Shown: piece by piece, positions 1 through 12,070 of the stretch
Numbering within the stretch: position 1 is the stretch's first letter
Layout of the letters: every line of letters begins with the position of its first letter
DNA from: Deltaproteobacteria bacterium
GTDB lineage: Bacteria; Desulfobacterota_D; UBA1144; Nemesobacterales; CSP1-2
Length of the DNA: 64,000 bases
Reading direction: 5' to 3'
NCBI GenBank assembly: GCA_052390235.1
Contig: JBQTHB010000004.1
Span: 1-64,000, forward strand
Translations under genes and position numbers: made by a program
Notes under the pieces: generated by a model
The model's database searches: none
Seen by the model: only the letters and a program-made list of their open reading frames with translations
Told to the model about the DNA's origin: nothing

Positions 1-126
1 GGGGATAGTATAAACACGGATGTGGAGTTGATAGTTCCTGTGGCGATGGAGGAGAAACTACGGTTCGCTATCAGGGAAGGTGGACGCACCGTAGGCGCCG
101 GCGTCGTTACCAATATTATTGAATAA
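1..126 (+). CDS. tuf: Elongation factor Tu, C-terminal fragment (5' truncated by window edge)
   Basis: Frame 1 reads [41 protein letters not shown], the canonical EF-Tu C-terminus; not in ORF track. Confidence 0.97.
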   Translation, partial: GDSINTDVELIVPVAMEEKLRFAIREGGRTVGAGVVTNIIE

Positions 127-151
127 CTGTAATTGAAGAGAGGATGCAATA

Positions 152-310
152 ATGGGAGACAATATAGTCGTAATAGCCCTCGCCTGCATTGAGTGCAAAC
201 GTAGGAATTATTCAACTACTAAAAATAAGCAGACTCATCGTGAAAAACTTGAGTTTAAAAAATACTGTAAATGGTGCAAAAGCCATATCCTTCATAAAGA
301 GACCAAATAA
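152..310 (+). CDS. rpmG: 50S ribosomal protein L33 (zinc-binding CxxC...CxxC form)
   Basis: Manual translation [52 protein letters not shown]; lies between tuf and tRNA-Trp/secE. Confidence 0.96.
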   Translation: MGDNIVVIALACIECKRRNYSTTKNKQTHREKLEFKKYCKWCKSHILHKETK

Positions 311-336
311 ATTCTAACCGGAGAATTACACACCAA

Positions 337-409
337 AGGGCAGTAGCTCAACTGGCAGAGCGGCGGTCTCCAAAACCGCAGGCTGGGGGTTCAAGTCCCT
401 CCTGCCCTG
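337..409 (+). tRNA. trnW: tRNA-Trp (CCA anticodon), 3' CCA not encoded
   Basis: Acceptor stem AGGGCAG/CTGCCCT plus discriminator G; anticodon arm GCGGT-CTCCAAA-ACCGC; T-loop GGTTCAAGTCC; standard position before secE. Confidence 0.96.
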
Positions 410-428
410 AATAAAAGGCGGAAGCGTA

Positions 429-632
429 ATGGTAAAACTCAGAGAGTCGGTTGATAAATCCATTCAGTTCTTTAAAGAGGTTGAACAGGAAGCGAGGCGT
501 ATAACTTGGCCCGCTAAGAACGAAACTGTGCGCTCTACCGGGGCTGTTATCGTGATTAGCGCAATACTCACTTCGTTTTTAGGATTAGTGGATTTCTTGT
601 TCTCATTGGCGCTTAAATACGTTTTAAACTAG
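429..632 (+). CDS. secE: Preprotein translocase subunit SecE
   Basis: FFKEV..E.RRITWP motif, single TM helix, synteny. Confidence 0.95.
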   Translation: MVKLRESVDKSIQFFKEVEQEARRITWPAKNETVRSTGAVIVISAILTSFLGLVDFLFSLALKYVLN

Positions 633-665
633 GTTGCAAGGAATTAAGGGGAGAAGGCAGGGTTA

Positions 666-1223
666 ATGGCTAATAGGTGGTATGTAGTTCATACGAACAC
701 GGGTTTTGAAGACAGAGTTAAGTCTCTGATTGATGAGAGAGCAAAAATCGAAGGGCTTGGGCATCTCATTCACGAGGTCTTGATTCCCACGGAAACCGTT
801 GTCGAACCAACCAAGGGTGGAAAGAAAAAAACCTCGGTCAGAAAGTTTTTCCCTGGCTATATACTCGTCAAAATGGAAATTGATGAGCGCACCTGGCACT
901 TCATCCGCAACATCTCGAAAGTGATAGGGTTTGTCGGCGGCAGACTCAAGGACGGCAAGATTGATCCCGATTCTGTCCCCGATATTGACGAGAAAGAGGT
1001 TGTGAGGATTAAGAAGCAGATAGTAGATGGGACGCTTAAGCCGAAGCCTAAGGTCATGTTCGAGCGTGGAGAGACGATTAAAGTCATTGAGGGGCCTTTT
1101 GCCAATTTCTCCGGCTTAATCGAGGAAGTCAAGCCTGATAAGGGCAAGGTTCAGGTGCTGGTTACGATATTCGGCAGAACAACGCCGATAGAGCTGGATT
1201 TTAATCAAGTGGAGAAGATATAA
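666..1223 (+). CDS. nusG: Transcription termination/antitermination factor NusG
   Basis: WYVVHT, FFPGYILV and KOW motif GPFANF..IFGRTTPIEL. Confidence 0.98.
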   Translation: MANRWYVVHTNTGFEDRVKSLIDERAKIEGLGHLIHEVLIPTETVVEPTKGGKKKTSVRKFFPGYILVKMEIDERTWHFIRNISKVIGFVGGRLKDGKIDPDSVPDIDEKEVVRIKKQIVDGTLKPKPKVMFERGETIKVIEGPFANFSGLIEEVKPDKGKVQVLVTIFGRTTPIELDFNQVEKI

Positions 1224-1640
1224 ATGAAAAAAGTTACTGGAGAGGTAAAACTCTTAATTGTCGCGGCAAAAGCGACACCTTCGCCCCCTATAGGCCCTGC
1301 CTTGGGACAGAAGGGCGTAAATATTATGGAATTCTGCAAGGCATTCAACGCCCAGTCCTCAAAGATGGAAGGGCTTCTGCCGGTTATAATAACGGTTTTC
1401 TCCGACAGGTCTTTTACTTTTGTAATTAAAACCCCTCCCGTCTCTTATCTGCTCAAAAAAGCGGCGGGCATTGAAAAAGGTTCGGGGCAGGTTCCCAAAG
1501 TGAAATCTGGAAAAATAACCACAGCCCAGCTCAGGGAGATTGCCGGGGTAAAATTAGCCGACTTGAACGCGGACAACGTTGAGGCGGCAATGAGGATTAT
1601 CACCGGCACTGCAAAGAGCATGGGAATTGATGTCGTATAG
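1224..1640 (+). CDS. rplK: 50S ribosomal protein L11
   Basis: [29 protein letters not shown] directly abuts the nusG stop. Confidence 0.98.
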   Translation: MKKVTGEVKLLIVAAKATPSPPIGPALGQKGVNIMEFCKAFNAQSSKMEGLLPVIITVFSDRSFTFVIKTPPVSYLLKKAAGIEKGSGQVPKVKSGKITTAQLREIAGVKLADLNADNVEAAMRIITGTAKSMGIDVV

Positions 1641-1660
1641 AGCCTAGGGAGACGAGAACA

Positions 1661-2389
1661 ATGGTAAAAGGAAAAAAGTATTTAGAAGCGAAGAAAAAGG
1701 TCGATTCCAACACGGACTACGCGGTTGAGCAAGCCATAGCGCTGATTCAGGAAACGAAGGTAGCTAAGTTTGACGAGACTGTCGAAGTGGCAGTTAAGCT
1801 CGGAATTGACCCAAGGCAGGCAAACCAGCAGATTCGAGGGGCTATGGTTCTGCCCCATGGAATCGGGAAAAATATCAGAGTGCTCGTGTTTGCCAAAGGG
1901 GAAAAGGCTAAAGAGGCAGAGCTAGCCGGGGCGGATTATGTTGGCGCCGAGGATTTAATTGAGAAAATTACTAAGGAGAATTGGATTGCCTACGACGTTA
2001 CGATAGCTACCCCCGATGTGATGAATCTCGTGGGTAAACTGGGGAAATTTCTCGGTCCGAGGGGTCTTATGCCGAGTCCCAAGGTAGGCACGGTTACTTT
2101 TGATGTTTCCAGGGCGGTTCGAGAGGCTAAAGCCGGAAGGATAGAGATTAAAAACGACAAAGGAGGGGTGCTTCACGCCCCGATAGGCAAGGTGTCGTTC
2201 GGCTCGGCAAAGCTCAAGGATAATTTCTATACGTTTATGGACTCGATAGTGAAGATGAAACCCTCGGCTTCAAAAGGGGTTTTTATCAGAAAAATCGTGG
2301 TTTCAAACACTATGGGGCCTGGGATTAAAGTTGATTTCGTGAGCGTCCGCGAGGGGCTGAAGGGGTTTGAGGCTTCAGCGGCTTCTTAG
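1661..2389 (+). CDS. rplA: 50S ribosomal protein L1
   Basis: [34 protein letters not shown]. Confidence 0.98.
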   Translation: MVKGKKYLEAKKKVDSNTDYAVEQAIALIQETKVAKFDETVEVAVKLGIDPRQANQQIRGAMVLPHGIGKNIRVLVFAKGEKAKEAELAGADYVGAEDLIEKITKENWIAYDVTIATPDVMNLVGKLGKFLGPRGLMPSPKVGTVTFDVSRAVREAKAGRIEIKNDKGGVLHAPIGKVSFGSAKLKDNFYTFMDSIVKMKPSASKGVFIRKIVVSNTMGPGIKVDFVSVREGLKGFEASAAS

Positions 2390-2443
2390 GTCGGGAGATT
2401 TTGCCGAATTGGATAGTTAATTTGTGAATGAAGGAGCGGGTTT

Positions 2444-3007
2444 ATGTTAACCAAAGCCGTTAAACGAGAGGTAGCAGCAGAACTTAGCGAGAGATTTAAG
2501 TCCAACCCCTCGCTTTTGGTGGTTGAATACAAGGGGCTTAGCGTCAAGCAGATGGAGGGGCTTAGGAGGAAACTCAAGAAAGCCGGTGCCGACTTTAAGG
2601 TCATAAAGAACAGCCTGCTCAAAGTAGCCTCCCAAAATACTGCGCTGGGCAAGGCAGTGGATCTATTTGAGGGGGCGACTGCGGTTGCAATTTGCAAGGG
2701 CGATCCTATTTCAGTCGCAAAGGTCTTTGTGGACTCTCTGAAAGATCTTCCGGTGTTGAAGCTCAAGGGCGGGGTCGTAGAAGGCAATTTGGTCGGCTTC
2801 GAGCAGATTAAATCCATCTCAAGCCTCCCTTCGAGAGAAGTCCTAATAGGACAGTTTTTGGGTCTGCTCGCGAGTCCTATGTCGAACTTCTTAGGCACGC
2901 TTCAGCAGCTTCAGTGCCAGCTTCTATACGCGCTCGAAGCGGTTAGGGAACAGAAAGAAAATGGTGAGAGCAATAACGAGGATTTCGCAATTAAAATACA
3001 AGACTAA
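2444..3007 (+). CDS. rplJ: 50S ribosomal protein L10
   Basis: EYKGLSV..LRR, VIKNSL, SLPSREVL; synteny. Confidence 0.95.
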   Translation: MLTKAVKREVAAELSERFKSNPSLLVVEYKGLSVKQMEGLRRKLKKAGADFKVIKNSLLKVASQNTALGKAVDLFEGATAVAICKGDPISVAKVFVDSLKDLPVLKLKGGVVEGNLVGFEQIKSISSLPSREVLIGQFLGLLASPMSNFLGTLQQLQCQLLYALEAVREQKENGESNNEDFAIKIQD

Positions 3008-3033
3008 TAAAATCAAGGAGGTTTTAAATTATT

Positions 3034-3426
3034 ATGGCAGACATCACGAGAGTTGAGGTTATTTCCTATCTCGAGCGCGCTACGATGCTTGAGATTTCGG
3101 AGTTGATTAAGGAAATCGAGACGAAGTTCGGCGTAAAGGCGGCGGCTCCCCAGGCGGCTATGGTCGTAGCGGGTGCCGGAGCAGGGGCCGAGGCTAAAGC
3201 GCCTGAGCCTGAGAAAACCGAGTTTAACGTAGTGCTTAAAGCCGCCGGAGAGAATAAAATTCAGGTTATTAAAGTGGTGAGAGAACTCACGGCTCTGGGG
3301 CTTAAGGAGGCTAAGGAGCTAGTAGAGGGCGCGCCCAAAAACGTGAAAGAAGACGTCAAAAAAGAAGATGCGCAAGTCATGAAGAAAAAGCTCGAAGATG
3401 TTGGAGCCACTGTAGAGATCGTCTAA
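3034..3426 (+). CDS. rplL: 50S ribosomal protein L7/L12
   Basis: Ala-rich hinge, [33 protein letters not shown]. Confidence 0.98.
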   Translation: MADITRVEVISYLERATMLEISELIKEIETKFGVKAAAPQAAMVVAGAGAGAEAKAPEPEKTEFNVVLKAAGENKIQVIKVVRELTALGLKEAKELVEGAPKNVKEDVKKEDAQVMKKKLEDVGATVEIV

Positions 3427-3655
3427 CTTGGGTAAGAGGTTTACGCATATTTCCCGCGCTTCGCAATGCCCAATTTATTATGTTCTTCTTTGGGCATTCG
3501 GAGTCGGCTAATTCTCGATTCCCGCTCAACCCTCAAGTCCGTATGAAATTTCGGCGCACACGAGCGGGCATTAAAGCATAATACACATCCGGTTTGCGTT
3601 TATGAATGCGTAACGTTCATCAAGGGGCCAATACGAAATATCTTAAGAGTGTCTT

Positions 3656-3715
3656 GGGGATTAGATGCCTGTTTATGGTTACACAAGTAATCTCCGGGGC
3701 ATCTTTTGCCTTTTT
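3656..3715 (+). promoter_or_regulatory. Putative rplL-rpoB attenuator (terminator-like hairpin with competing helix)
   Basis: AGATGCCT 3663-3670 pairs with GGGCATCT 3697-3704, followed by a U-rich run; alternative helix GGGGATTA 3656-3663 / TAATCTCC 3688-3695. Confidence 0.5.
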
Positions 3716-3747
3716 CTCATCCAAACCTTAAAAAAAGGGGGGGAAGC

Positions 3748-6700
3748 ATGAGCTTTAATATAATGGAAGCGTATCAGCTTAGAAAGAGTTTTTCAAAAGT
3801 CCCGTCCGTTCTTGAGATACCTCATCTGCTTGAGGTTCAAGTCAAATCCTACAGCGATTTCCTTCAAGCCGACTCAAAGTCTGCCGAGAGGCGGGATATG
3901 GGGCTTCAGCGGGCGTTTAATATGGTGTTCCCGATAGAGGACTATAACGGCAAGGCGTCTCTCGAGTACATGGGTTATCGCTTTGATAAATCCAAATACG
4001 AAGCAAACGAGTGCAGGCTCAAGGGCTATACCTACGTTGCCCCGCTCTATGTTACATTTCGCCTCATCATCTGGGACGTACCCCAAAATTCCAGCGAGCA
4101 GAGAACCATCAGAGACGTAAAGGAGCAAGAGGTCTATTTCGGCGAGATTCCACTTATGACTCCCAACGGGGCGTTTATCGTCAATGGCACGGAGAGGGTC
4201 ATTGTTAACCAGTTGCACCGCTCTCCCGGAGTGTTTTTCGATCAGGTCAAAAGCAAGGAGAACGTGCTGGGCAGATACTCCTTCTCGGCGAGGATAGTGC
4301 CTCAAGACGGCAGATGGCTCGATTTTGAATTCGACTCCAAGGACCTGCTCCATGTGAGAATTGACAGGAAAAAGAAGTTTCTCGTAACCGTCCTGCTCAA
4401 AGCCCTAGGGCTTAGCCACAAGGACATAATGCTCCAGTTCTACCCGATGGAGACGGTCTATATTGAATCCGGCGTGTTCTCCAAGAGCGTGGACAGGGAG
4501 GTTCTATCCTATCAGCGCTCAACTCTGGACGTGATTGACCCTAAAACCGGAGACACACTCCTTAAAAAGGGCAGGAGGTTTGTGCGAAACCTCATTGAGA
4601 GGCTCTATAAACTGCAAATTGATAGGATTCCTATACTGCCTGTGGACGTAATAGGCAGATACTCGGCCGACGACGTGGTTGACGGGCGCACGGGAGAGGT
4701 TGTGCTTAGTTTCAACGAAGAGGTTACGGATAAAAAACTGGACGAGCTGACATCCCGCGGCATTTCGCAGTTCAGGGTTTTCTATATTGATAAAGTCCAC
4801 GTGGTTGACTCCCTCAGAAGCGCACTCGTCGCCGATAAGACCAAAACCCGCGAAGACGCCATAGTGGAGATATATAAGAAATTCAGACCCACTGACCCTC
4901 CCACGCTCACTGTGGCGGAGAATTTTTTTAACAGTATGTTTTTTAACCCCGACACTTACCGCCTTTCAAACGTGGGCAGGCTAAAAATCAACTATAAGCT
5001 CTCCCATAACATAGGGGAAGACGTTCTCACACTCACCAAAGAGGACATACTCGGCACGGTAAAGTATCTGCTAAACCTCAAGGGAGGACGCGGCGCAACA
5101 GACGACATTGACCACCTGGGCAACAGGCGCGTGCGCACCGTGGGCGAACTCATCGAAGACCGCCTCTATCACGGGCTTGAGAGGCTTTCGAGAACTGTCA
5201 AAGAGAAAATGGGCTATCAGAACGTCGAGAACATGATGCCGAGCGAAATTCTAATTCCCAAAACCGTTATTGCGGTTGTAAAGGAGTTCTTCGCCACGGG
5301 ACAGCTCTCGCAGTTTATGGACCAGACCAACCCACTATCAGAAATTACCCATAAAAGACGCCTCAGCGCGCTGGGACCCGGAGGACTCACCCGCGAGAGG
5401 GCGGGATTTGAAGTGCGCGATGTTCACGCCTCCCACTACGGTAGAATCTGTCCCATTGAAACCCCTGAGGGCCCAAACATAGGTCTCATATCGAGCCTCA
5501 GTAATTTTGCAAAGATTGACGATTTCGGCTTCATTCACACCCCTTATAGGGTAGTTGAAAATGGGCGCGTAACCGACAAGATAGTATATTTAAACGCCCT
5601 TGCCGAGGAGGAACACCCAATAGCTCAGGCGAGCGCCCAGCTAGACGCCGAGGGCAACCTCGTAACCGACATCGTTTCGTCTAGGCACAAGGGGGAGTTT
5701 CTTCTCCTTGAGCGCGAGAAAATAAGATATATGGACGTATCCCCAACACAGCTCGTCTCTATATCGGCGGCTTTGATTCCCTTTCTCGAACACGACGACG
5801 CAAACCGCGCCCTTATGGGATCGAATATGCAACGCCAAGCCGTGCCGCTAATGCGCGCCGAAGCCCCGCTTGTAGGGACAGGGCTAGAGAAAACCGTGGC
5901 AAAGGACTCTGGGGTTACGGTTTTGGCAAAGCGCGACGGGGTAGTAGAGTTCGTTGACGCCGCCAAGATTGTCGTTAGAGCCGACTCCGCGGGGGACGAT
6001 GAAAGGGGCGTTGACATATACAATTTAATAAAGTTTCAAAAGTCCAATCAAAGCACCTGCTGGGACCAGAAACCCATTGTGAGCAAGGGTCAAACTGTGC
6101 GCGCGGGTCATGTCATTGCCGATGGCCCCTCAACCACGGACAGCGAGCTTGCCCTCGGACAAAATGTGCTAGTGGCTTTTATGCCCTGGGGCGGATACAA
6201 CTTTGAAGACGCAATTCTCATTGGCGAGAGGCCCATCAGGGACGACAAATTCGCCTCGATTCACATCGAGGAGTTTGAGTGCATAGCCCGCGAAACAAAG
6301 CTCGGGCGCGAGGAAATCACCAGGGACATACCCAACGTGGGAGAGGACACGCTTAGGAATCTGGATGAAGCCGGCATTATAAGAATCGGCGCGGAGGTAA
6401 AGCCCGGAGACGTTATAGTGGGCAAAATCTCTCCTAAGGGCGAAACCCAGCTATCCCCGGAAGAGCGTCTGCTCAAGGCGATTTTCGGAGATAAAGCCGG
6501 AGACGTAAAGGACACCTCGCTCAGGGCGAACCCCGGCGTGTGGGGAACGGTAATTGACGTAAAAGTGTTAATATCCAGAATCCTCACCAAGGACGAGCGC
6601 GCGAAAAACATCGAAGACCTCGAAGTTACCCGCCTCAAACAGGATAGAGAGGACGAGGTGAAAATCCTCCAGCAGGACGCGTATTCAAGGATAAAATCCC

Positions 6701-7890
6701 TTCTCATCGGGAGCGTTGCCGCCGCGAAGCTCACCATAGCCCGCAAGACTGTGCTGAAAAAAGGCGAGGTCATAACCGAGGAATCCATTGAGTCCATTCC
6801 CTTTGAAAAACTCCCCGACATAAGCCTCGAAAAAGGGGAGGGTATCGAAGCCGAGATTAAAAAGCTCATTGAGAAAACCCATGAGCAGACCGACCTCGTG
6901 AAGATGGTCTATGACAATAAGATAAATAAGCTCTCCCGCCCTGACGAGCTTCCCCCCGGAGTGCTGAAGGTGGTCAAGGTCTATATCGCCGTGAAGCGCA
7001 AACTTCAGGTCGGCGATAAAATGGCGGGAAGGCACGGAAATAAAGGCGTCGTCTCGAGGATAGTGTCCGACGAAGATATGCCCTATCTGCCAGACGGCAC
7101 CCCTGTGGATATGGTTCTGAACCCGCTCGGCGTGCCTTCGAGAATGAACGTGGGGCAGATACTGGAAACGCATCTGGGGTGGGCGTCGCGCCAAATCGGG
7201 CAGCAGCTAAACGAGTACATGGAGCGCGAATTCAGCCCCAAGGCGCTTCGCGAGAAGCTCAAAGCCGTCTATGGCGAGCGCGATATGGGCAAATTAATTG
7301 ACGAGCTAACCGATGATGACGTGATAATGGTGGTAAAGAGGCTCAAAAATGGGATTCCGATAGATTCTCCCGTGTTTGACGGGGCAAGCGAGAAGGAGAT
7401 AAAAGATATGCTCCGCTCGGCCGGGCTTCCTGAAGATGGCAAAACGATTCTGTTCGACGGGCGCACTGGCGAGCCGTTTGACCAGAAAGTCGCCGTAGGG
7501 GTTATGTACATGATAAAACTCCACCACCTCGTAGAGGAGAAGATACACGCCAGAGCCATAGGACCGTATTCGCTGGTAACTCAGCAACCCCTAGGGGGGA
7601 AGGCGCATTTCGGAGGGCAGAGGCTCGGCGAGATGGAGGTCTGGGCGCTTGAGGCGTACGGGGCGGCTTACACGCTTCAGGAATTTATCACGGTCAAGTC
7701 CGATGACCTCATCGGGCGCACGAGAATATTTGATTCCATTGTAAAGGGCGGCATGAATTTTGAGCCCGGACTGCCGGAGTCGTTTAAGGTGCTTCAGAAG
7801 GAGCTTCAGTCCCTAGGGCTGGATATTGAACTGCTGGAGGAATCGGCGGACGGCGGGCAGGAGCTTCTAAGACCAAAATTAGGGAGGTAG
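3748..7890 (+). CDS. rpoB: DNA-directed RNA polymerase beta subunit
   Basis: [37 protein letters not shown]; start moved to ATG 3748 (purine-rich SD) from the track's TTG 3706. Confidence 0.99.
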   Translation: MSFNIMEAYQLRKSFSKVPSVLEIPHLLEVQVKSYSDFLQADSKSAERRDMGLQRAFNMVFPIEDYNGKASLEYMGYRFDKSKYEANECRLKGYTYVAPLYVTFRLIIWDVPQNSSEQRTIRDVKEQEVYFGEIPLMTPNGAFIVNGTERVIVNQLHRSPGVFFDQVKSKENVLGRYSFSARIVPQDGRWLDFEFDSKDLLHVRIDRKKKFLVTVLLKALGLSHKDIMLQFYPMETVYIESGVFSKSVDREVLSYQRSTLDVIDPKTGDTLLKKGRRFVRNLIERLYKLQIDRIPILPVDVIGRYSADDVVDGRTGEVVLSFNEEVTDKKLDELTSRGISQFRVFYIDKVHVVDSLRSALVADKTKTREDAIVEIYKKFRPTDPPTLTVAENFFNSMFFNPDTYRLSNVGRLKINYKLSHNIGEDVLTLTKEDILGTVKYLLNLKGGRGATDDIDHLGNRRVRTVGELIEDRLYHGLERLSRTVKEKMGYQNVENMMPSEILIPKTVIAVVKEFFATGQLSQFMDQTNPLSEITHKRRLSALGPGGLTRERAGFEVRDVHASHYGRICPIETPEGPNIGLISSLSNFAKIDDFGFIHTPYRVVENGRVTDKIVYLNALAEEEHPIAQASAQLDAEGNLVTDIVSSRHKGEFLLLEREKIRYMDVSPTQLVSISAALIPFLEHDDANRALMGSNMQRQAVPLMRAEAPLVGTGLEKTVAKDSGVTVLAKRDGVVEFVDAAKIVVRADSAGDDERGVDIYNLIKFQKSNQSTCWDQKPIVSKGQTVRAGHVIADGPSTTDSELALGQNVLVAFMPWGGYNFEDAILIGERPIRDDKFASIHIEEFECIARETKLGREEITRDIPNVGEDTLRNLDEAGIIRIGAEVKPGDVIVGKISPKGETQLSPEERLLKAIFGDKAGDVKDTSLRANPGVWGTVIDVKVLISRILTKDERAKNIEDLEVTRLKQDREDEVKILQQDAYSRIKSLLIGSVAAAKLTIARKTVLKKGEVITEESIESIPFEKLPDISLEKGEGIEAEIKKLIEKTHEQTDLVKMVYDNKINKLSRPDELPPGVLKVVKVYIAVKRKLQVGDKMAGRHGNKGVVSRIVSDEDMPYLPDGTPVDMVLNPLGVPSRMNVGQILETHLGWASRQIGQQLNEYMEREFSPKALREKLKAVYGERDMGKLIDELTDDDVIMVVKRLKNGIPIDSPVFDGASEKEIKDMLRSAGLPEDGKTILFDGRTGEPFDQKVAVGVMYMIKLHHLVEEKIHARAIGPYSLVTQQPLGGKAHFGGQRLGEMEVWALEAYGAAYTLQEFITVKSDDLIGRTRIFDSIVKGGMNFEPGLPESFKVLQKELQSLGLDIELLEESADGGQELLRPKLGR

Positions 7891-7894
7891 AAAA

Positions 7895-10800
7895 ATGGAT
7901 ATAGACACAATTTTTGAGAGACCTAAGAATCCATCGGATTATTCGGCTGTAAAAATTTCCATAGCCTCACCTGAGAAGATTAAAGAGTGGTCTCATGGAG
8001 AGGTTAAAAAACCGGAAACCATAAACTATAGAACCTTCAAGCCGGAGAGAAGCGGTCTGTTCTGCGCCAAGATATTTGGCCCGGTGAAGGACTACGAGTG
8101 TCTCTGCGGCAAATATAAACGCCTCAAGCACCGCGGACACACCTGCGAGAAGTGCGGCGTCGAGGTAATCCAGAGCAAGGTGAGAAGGGAGCGCATGGGG
8201 CATATCGAGCTTTCGTCCCCTGTGGCGCATATTTGGTTTCTAAGGAGCATCCCAAGCCGCATCGGAATGCTCCTCGATATGACGCTCAAGGATCTGGAGA
8301 AGGTGCTTTACTATGAATCCTACGTGGTGCTTGACCCCGGGGCTACGACGCTTAAATTCGCCGAGGTTCTGAGCGAGGATAAGTACAGGAAAACGGTTGA
8401 GGAACACGCCTCGCAGTTTAAAGTGGGAATGGGCGCTGAGACCATACGCGAGATGCTAAAAAAGATAGACCTCGCCGAGCTTTCCCAGTTGCTCAGAGAG
8501 GAGATGAAAAAAGCAGTCTCCCCGATAAAGCGCGCGAGAATTGCCAAGCGCCTCAGAGTCGTGGAAGCGTTCAGGAAATCCAAAAACCGCCCGGAGTGGA
8601 TGATTCTAACGAGAATCCCCGTGCTTCCGCCTGACCTAAGACCCCTTGTGCCGCTCGATGGCGGGAGATTTGCCACATCTGACCTCAACGACCTCTACAG
8701 GCGCGTAATCAATAGAAACAACCGCCTCAAAAAACTGCTTGAACTGGGCGCTCCCGATATTATTGTGAGAAACGAAAAGAGGATGCTTCAGGAAGCCGTT
8801 GACGCCCTTTTTGAGAATGGCAGGAGGGGCAGACCCGTTCTCGGACACAATCACCGCCCTCTGAAGAGCCTCAGCGACATCATAAAGGGCAAACAGGGCA
8901 GATTCAGACAAAACCTCCTCGGAAAGAGGGTTGACTACTCGGGGCGCTCTGTGATTGTCGTGGGTCCTGAGCTAAAACTCCACCAGTGCGGGCTACCCAA
9001 GCAGATGGCTCTCGAACTCTTCCGCCCGTTCATCTATCAGAAACTTGAGAAATGGGGCAACGCGGCAACGATAAAAATTGCGAAAAAGCTCACCGAACAG
9101 GAAGCCCCAGTCGTTTGGGACGCCCTCGACGAGGTGATTAAAGAACACCCCGTCCTACTGAACCGCGCCCCCACGCTTCATCGCCTCAGCATTCAGGCTT
9201 TTGAGCCGGTGCTTGTCGAGGATAAGGCAATTCACGTTCACCCGCTAGTGTGTCCCGCCTATAACGCGGACTTCGACGGCGACCAGATGGCCGTGCATCT
9301 GCCCCTTTCAATAGAGGCTCAGACCGAGTGCAGGGCGCTTGTGATGTCAACCAATAACATTCTGTCTCCGGCTCACGGAAAGCCAATTATTCTGCCCACG
9401 CAGGACATCGTCCTTGGCGTCTATTACATGACCAGGGAAACCCCACTTGCCAAGGGCGAGGGCAAGGTTTTCTCCTCGATTGAAGAGGTGCGCATGGCTT
9501 ATGATTCGGACGCAGTGGCGATTCACGCCAAAATAAGCGTCAGAATAGAAGAGAAAATGTACGAGACGACTACTGGAAGAATCCTGCTGTACGAAATCAT
9601 GCCTAGAATCATACCGTTTGAACTCGTAAACAGGGTGATGACCAAGCGCGCAATAGAAGATCTAGTGGATAAATCATTCAGAATGTCAGGCGGCAAAAGC
9701 ACTGTGCTTCTGGCAGACCGCCTCAGAACCCTAGGGTTTGAATACTCGACTCACGCCGGAATCTCGATTTCCATTGACGATATGAGGATACCGGAGAGGA
9801 AAACACAGCTCCTCGATAAGGCTTATGCTGAGGTATTCAGGGTGCAAAATCAGTACTCCCAAGGACTCATCACCGACGGCGAGAGGTATAACAAGGTCAT
9901 TGACATCTGGGCTAAGACGAGCGACGAAGTTGCCCAGGAGATGATGCGGGGGCTGTCGGTTGACATTATCCGCGACACGAATGGCAATGAGATGAAGGGG
10001 GCGAGCTCGAACCCGATTTATATGATGGTGGACTCCGGCGCAAGGGGAAGCCAGACCCAGGTTCGACAGCTTGCCGGAATGAGGGGACTTATGGCAAAGC
10101 CTTCGGGGGAAATTATCGAAACCCCCATAACCTCGAATTTCCGAGAGGGACTCACCGTGCTTCAGTACTTCATCTCCACGCACGGCGCGAGAAAGGGACT
10201 CGCCGACACGGCTCTTAAGACCGCCAACGCGGGCTACCTCACCAGGAGGCTCATTGACGTAGCCCAGGATGTGATGATAAATGAATACGACTGCGCCACT
10301 GTCGAAGGCATCACCGTAGGAGACCTAGTCGAGGGCGGAGAGATCATAGACAAAGTGGGCGAGAGGGTGCTTGGGCGCGTTACACTGGATGACATCCTTG
10401 ACCCCGGCACAAGGGAGGTCATCGTAAGGGCGAACGAAGAGATTGACGAGCAGGCAGTAAAGCAGATTAACGAATCCGGCATCACGCAGCTTAGAATCCG
10501 CTCCACCCTCACCTGCGAAACCCCGCTCGGGGTGTGCATCCTGTGCTATGGGAGGAATCTGTCCACTGGGAATCTCGTCAATATAGGAGAGGCGGTGGGG
10601 ATTATTGCCGCACAGTCCATCGGCGAGCCGGGAACTCAGCTTACCATGAGGACCTTCCACATCGGAGGCGCGGCAAGCCAGAGGGTCGCCGAAAGCACCC
10701 TTGAGAGCCAGCACGAGGGGAGAATTAGGCTCATAGGGGTAAAATCCGTTCAGAACAAAGACGGAAGGGAAATCGTTACTAACCGCTCCGGCTCTCTAGC

Positions 10801-11971
10801 GATAGTTGACGACCAGGGGCTGGAGCGCGAGAAATACCCCCTTATGCTTGGGGCGAGGCTCAGATTCAAAGAACACGAGTTGGTAAAAACCGGCGCGCTC
10901 CTCGCCGATTGGGACCCCTATACGACGCCGTTTATCTCGGAGGTCGGCGGGAGGATTAGCTTCAAAGACCTCGAAGAGGGAACTAGCATGAAGGATCAGG
11001 TGGACGAGGTTACGGGAATTTATAAAAAAGTCGTCGTGGAATCCAAAGACCCGAACCTGCGTCCCGCCATTGCCGTTACCGACGGAAACGGGACTGAAGT
11101 GTCTTATCTGCTTCCAGTGGGAGCGCTCATTGAGAAAAACGAGGGCGACGAAATCTATCCCGGCGACATTGTGGCAAAGATTCCGAGAGAAACCTCAAAA
11201 ACTAAGGACATCACCGGCGGTCTGCCCAGAGTTGCTGAACTGTTTGAGGCTAGAATCCCCAAAGAACACGCCATTGTGAGCGAAATTGACGGCACAGTGG
11301 AGTTCGGCAAAGATTCTAAGGGCAAGCGGCGCATTGTCATAAAGCCCGAAATCGGCGAGCCTAGGGAAAACCTAGTTCCAAGGGGCAAACACATCCTAGT
11401 CAGGGAAGACGAGCGCGTGAGAGCCGGAGACCAAATCGTGGATGGTCCCGTAAACCCTCACGATATTCTGCGAATCAGAGGAGAAAAAGCCCTTGCCAGA
11501 TATTTGGTGGATGAAATTCAAGAGGTCTATAGGCTTCAGGGCGTAAAAATCAACGACAAGCACATTGAAATCATCGTGCGCCAGATGCTCCGCCGCGTGA
11601 GAATCAAGGACCCCGGGGATACTATCTTCCTCGTGGGAGAGGCAATTGAGAAGAGGGTATTTTTCGAGGAGAACGAGCGCGTGGCTTCTCAGGGGTCTAA
11701 GCCGGCTTCGGCTGAGCCTCTACTGCTCGGCATCACGAGGGCGTCCCTCAGCACTGATAGCTGGCTTTCGGCGGCTTCGTTCCAAGAAACCACCAGAGTA
11801 CTCACCGAGGCGGCTTGCGAGGGGAAAGAGGACTTCCTGCGCGGGTTGAAAGAAAACGTAATTATGGGCAGGCTCATCCCTGCAGGCACGGGGCTTCCGC
11901 GCTACAGGAATCTGGATGTGGAAGTGGTATCTCAGCAAATACCCGTTCCGATACCCGTTGATGAACATTAG
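7895..11971 (+). CDS. rpoC: DNA-directed RNA polymerase beta' subunit
   Basis: Catalytic NADFDGD, zinc-finger cysteines, SAASFQETT. Confidence 0.99.
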   Translation: MDIDTIFERPKNPSDYSAVKISIASPEKIKEWSHGEVKKPETINYRTFKPERSGLFCAKIFGPVKDYECLCGKYKRLKHRGHTCEKCGVEVIQSKVRRERMGHIELSSPVAHIWFLRSIPSRIGMLLDMTLKDLEKVLYYESYVVLDPGATTLKFAEVLSEDKYRKTVEEHASQFKVGMGAETIREMLKKIDLAELSQLLREEMKKAVSPIKRARIAKRLRVVEAFRKSKNRPEWMILTRIPVLPPDLRPLVPLDGGRFATSDLNDLYRRVINRNNRLKKLLELGAPDIIVRNEKRMLQEAVDALFENGRRGRPVLGHNHRPLKSLSDIIKGKQGRFRQNLLGKRVDYSGRSVIVVGPELKLHQCGLPKQMALELFRPFIYQKLEKWGNAATIKIAKKLTEQEAPVVWDALDEVIKEHPVLLNRAPTLHRLSIQAFEPVLVEDKAIHVHPLVCPAYNADFDGDQMAVHLPLSIEAQTECRALVMSTNNILSPAHGKPIILPTQDIVLGVYYMTRETPLAKGEGKVFSSIEEVRMAYDSDAVAIHAKISVRIEEKMYETTTGRILLYEIMPRIIPFELVNRVMTKRAIEDLVDKSFRMSGGKSTVLLADRLRTLGFEYSTHAGISISIDDMRIPERKTQLLDKAYAEVFRVQNQYSQGLITDGERYNKVIDIWAKTSDEVAQEMMRGLSVDIIRDTNGNEMKGASSNPIYMMVDSGARGSQTQVRQLAGMRGLMAKPSGEIIETPITSNFREGLTVLQYFISTHGARKGLADTALKTANAGYLTRRLIDVAQDVMINEYDCATVEGITVGDLVEGGEIIDKVGERVLGRVTLDDILDPGTREVIVRANEEIDEQAVKQINESGITQLRIRSTLTCETPLGVCILCYGRNLSTGNLVNIGEAVGIIAAQSIGEPGTQLTMRTFHIGGAASQRVAESTLESQHEGRIRLIGVKSVQNKDGREIVTNRSGSLAIVDDQGLEREKYPLMLGARLRFKEHELVKTGALLADWDPYTTPFISEVGGRISFKDLEEGTSMKDQVDEVTGIYKKVVVESKDPNLRPAIAVTDGNGTEVSYLLPVGALIEKNEGDEIYPGDIVAKIPRETSKTKDITGGLPRVAELFEARIPKEHAIVSEIDGTVEFGKDSKGKRRIVIKPEIGEPRENLVPRGKHILVREDERVRAGDQIVDGPVNPHDILRIRGEKALARYLVDEIQEVYRLQGVKINDKHIEIIVRQMLRRVRIKDPGDTIFLVGEAIEKRVFFEENERVASQGSKPASAEPLLLGITRASLSTDSWLSAASFQETTRVLTEAACEGKEDFLRGLKENVIMGRLIPAGTGLPRYRNLDVEVVSQQIPVPIPVDEH

Positions 11972-12002
11972 AGATTTATCTGATATTAAAAGCGACTGAA
12001 AT

Positions 12003-12041
12003 GGGAGGGAGGCGAGCCAGTTTATCCCCTCCCTCTTTTTT
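12003..12041 (+). terminator. Intrinsic terminator after rpoC
   Basis: GGGAGGG 12003-12009 / CCCTCCC 12027-12033 followed by TCTTTTTT. Confidence 0.65.
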
Positions 12042-12070
12042 GATGCGTACCTAAAGCCTGCGCTAATAAA

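Noticed and set aside
3706..3747. N-terminal extension of rpoB from TTG 3706
   Set aside because: It translates a U-tract and an A/G run; ATG 3748 has the purine-rich SD
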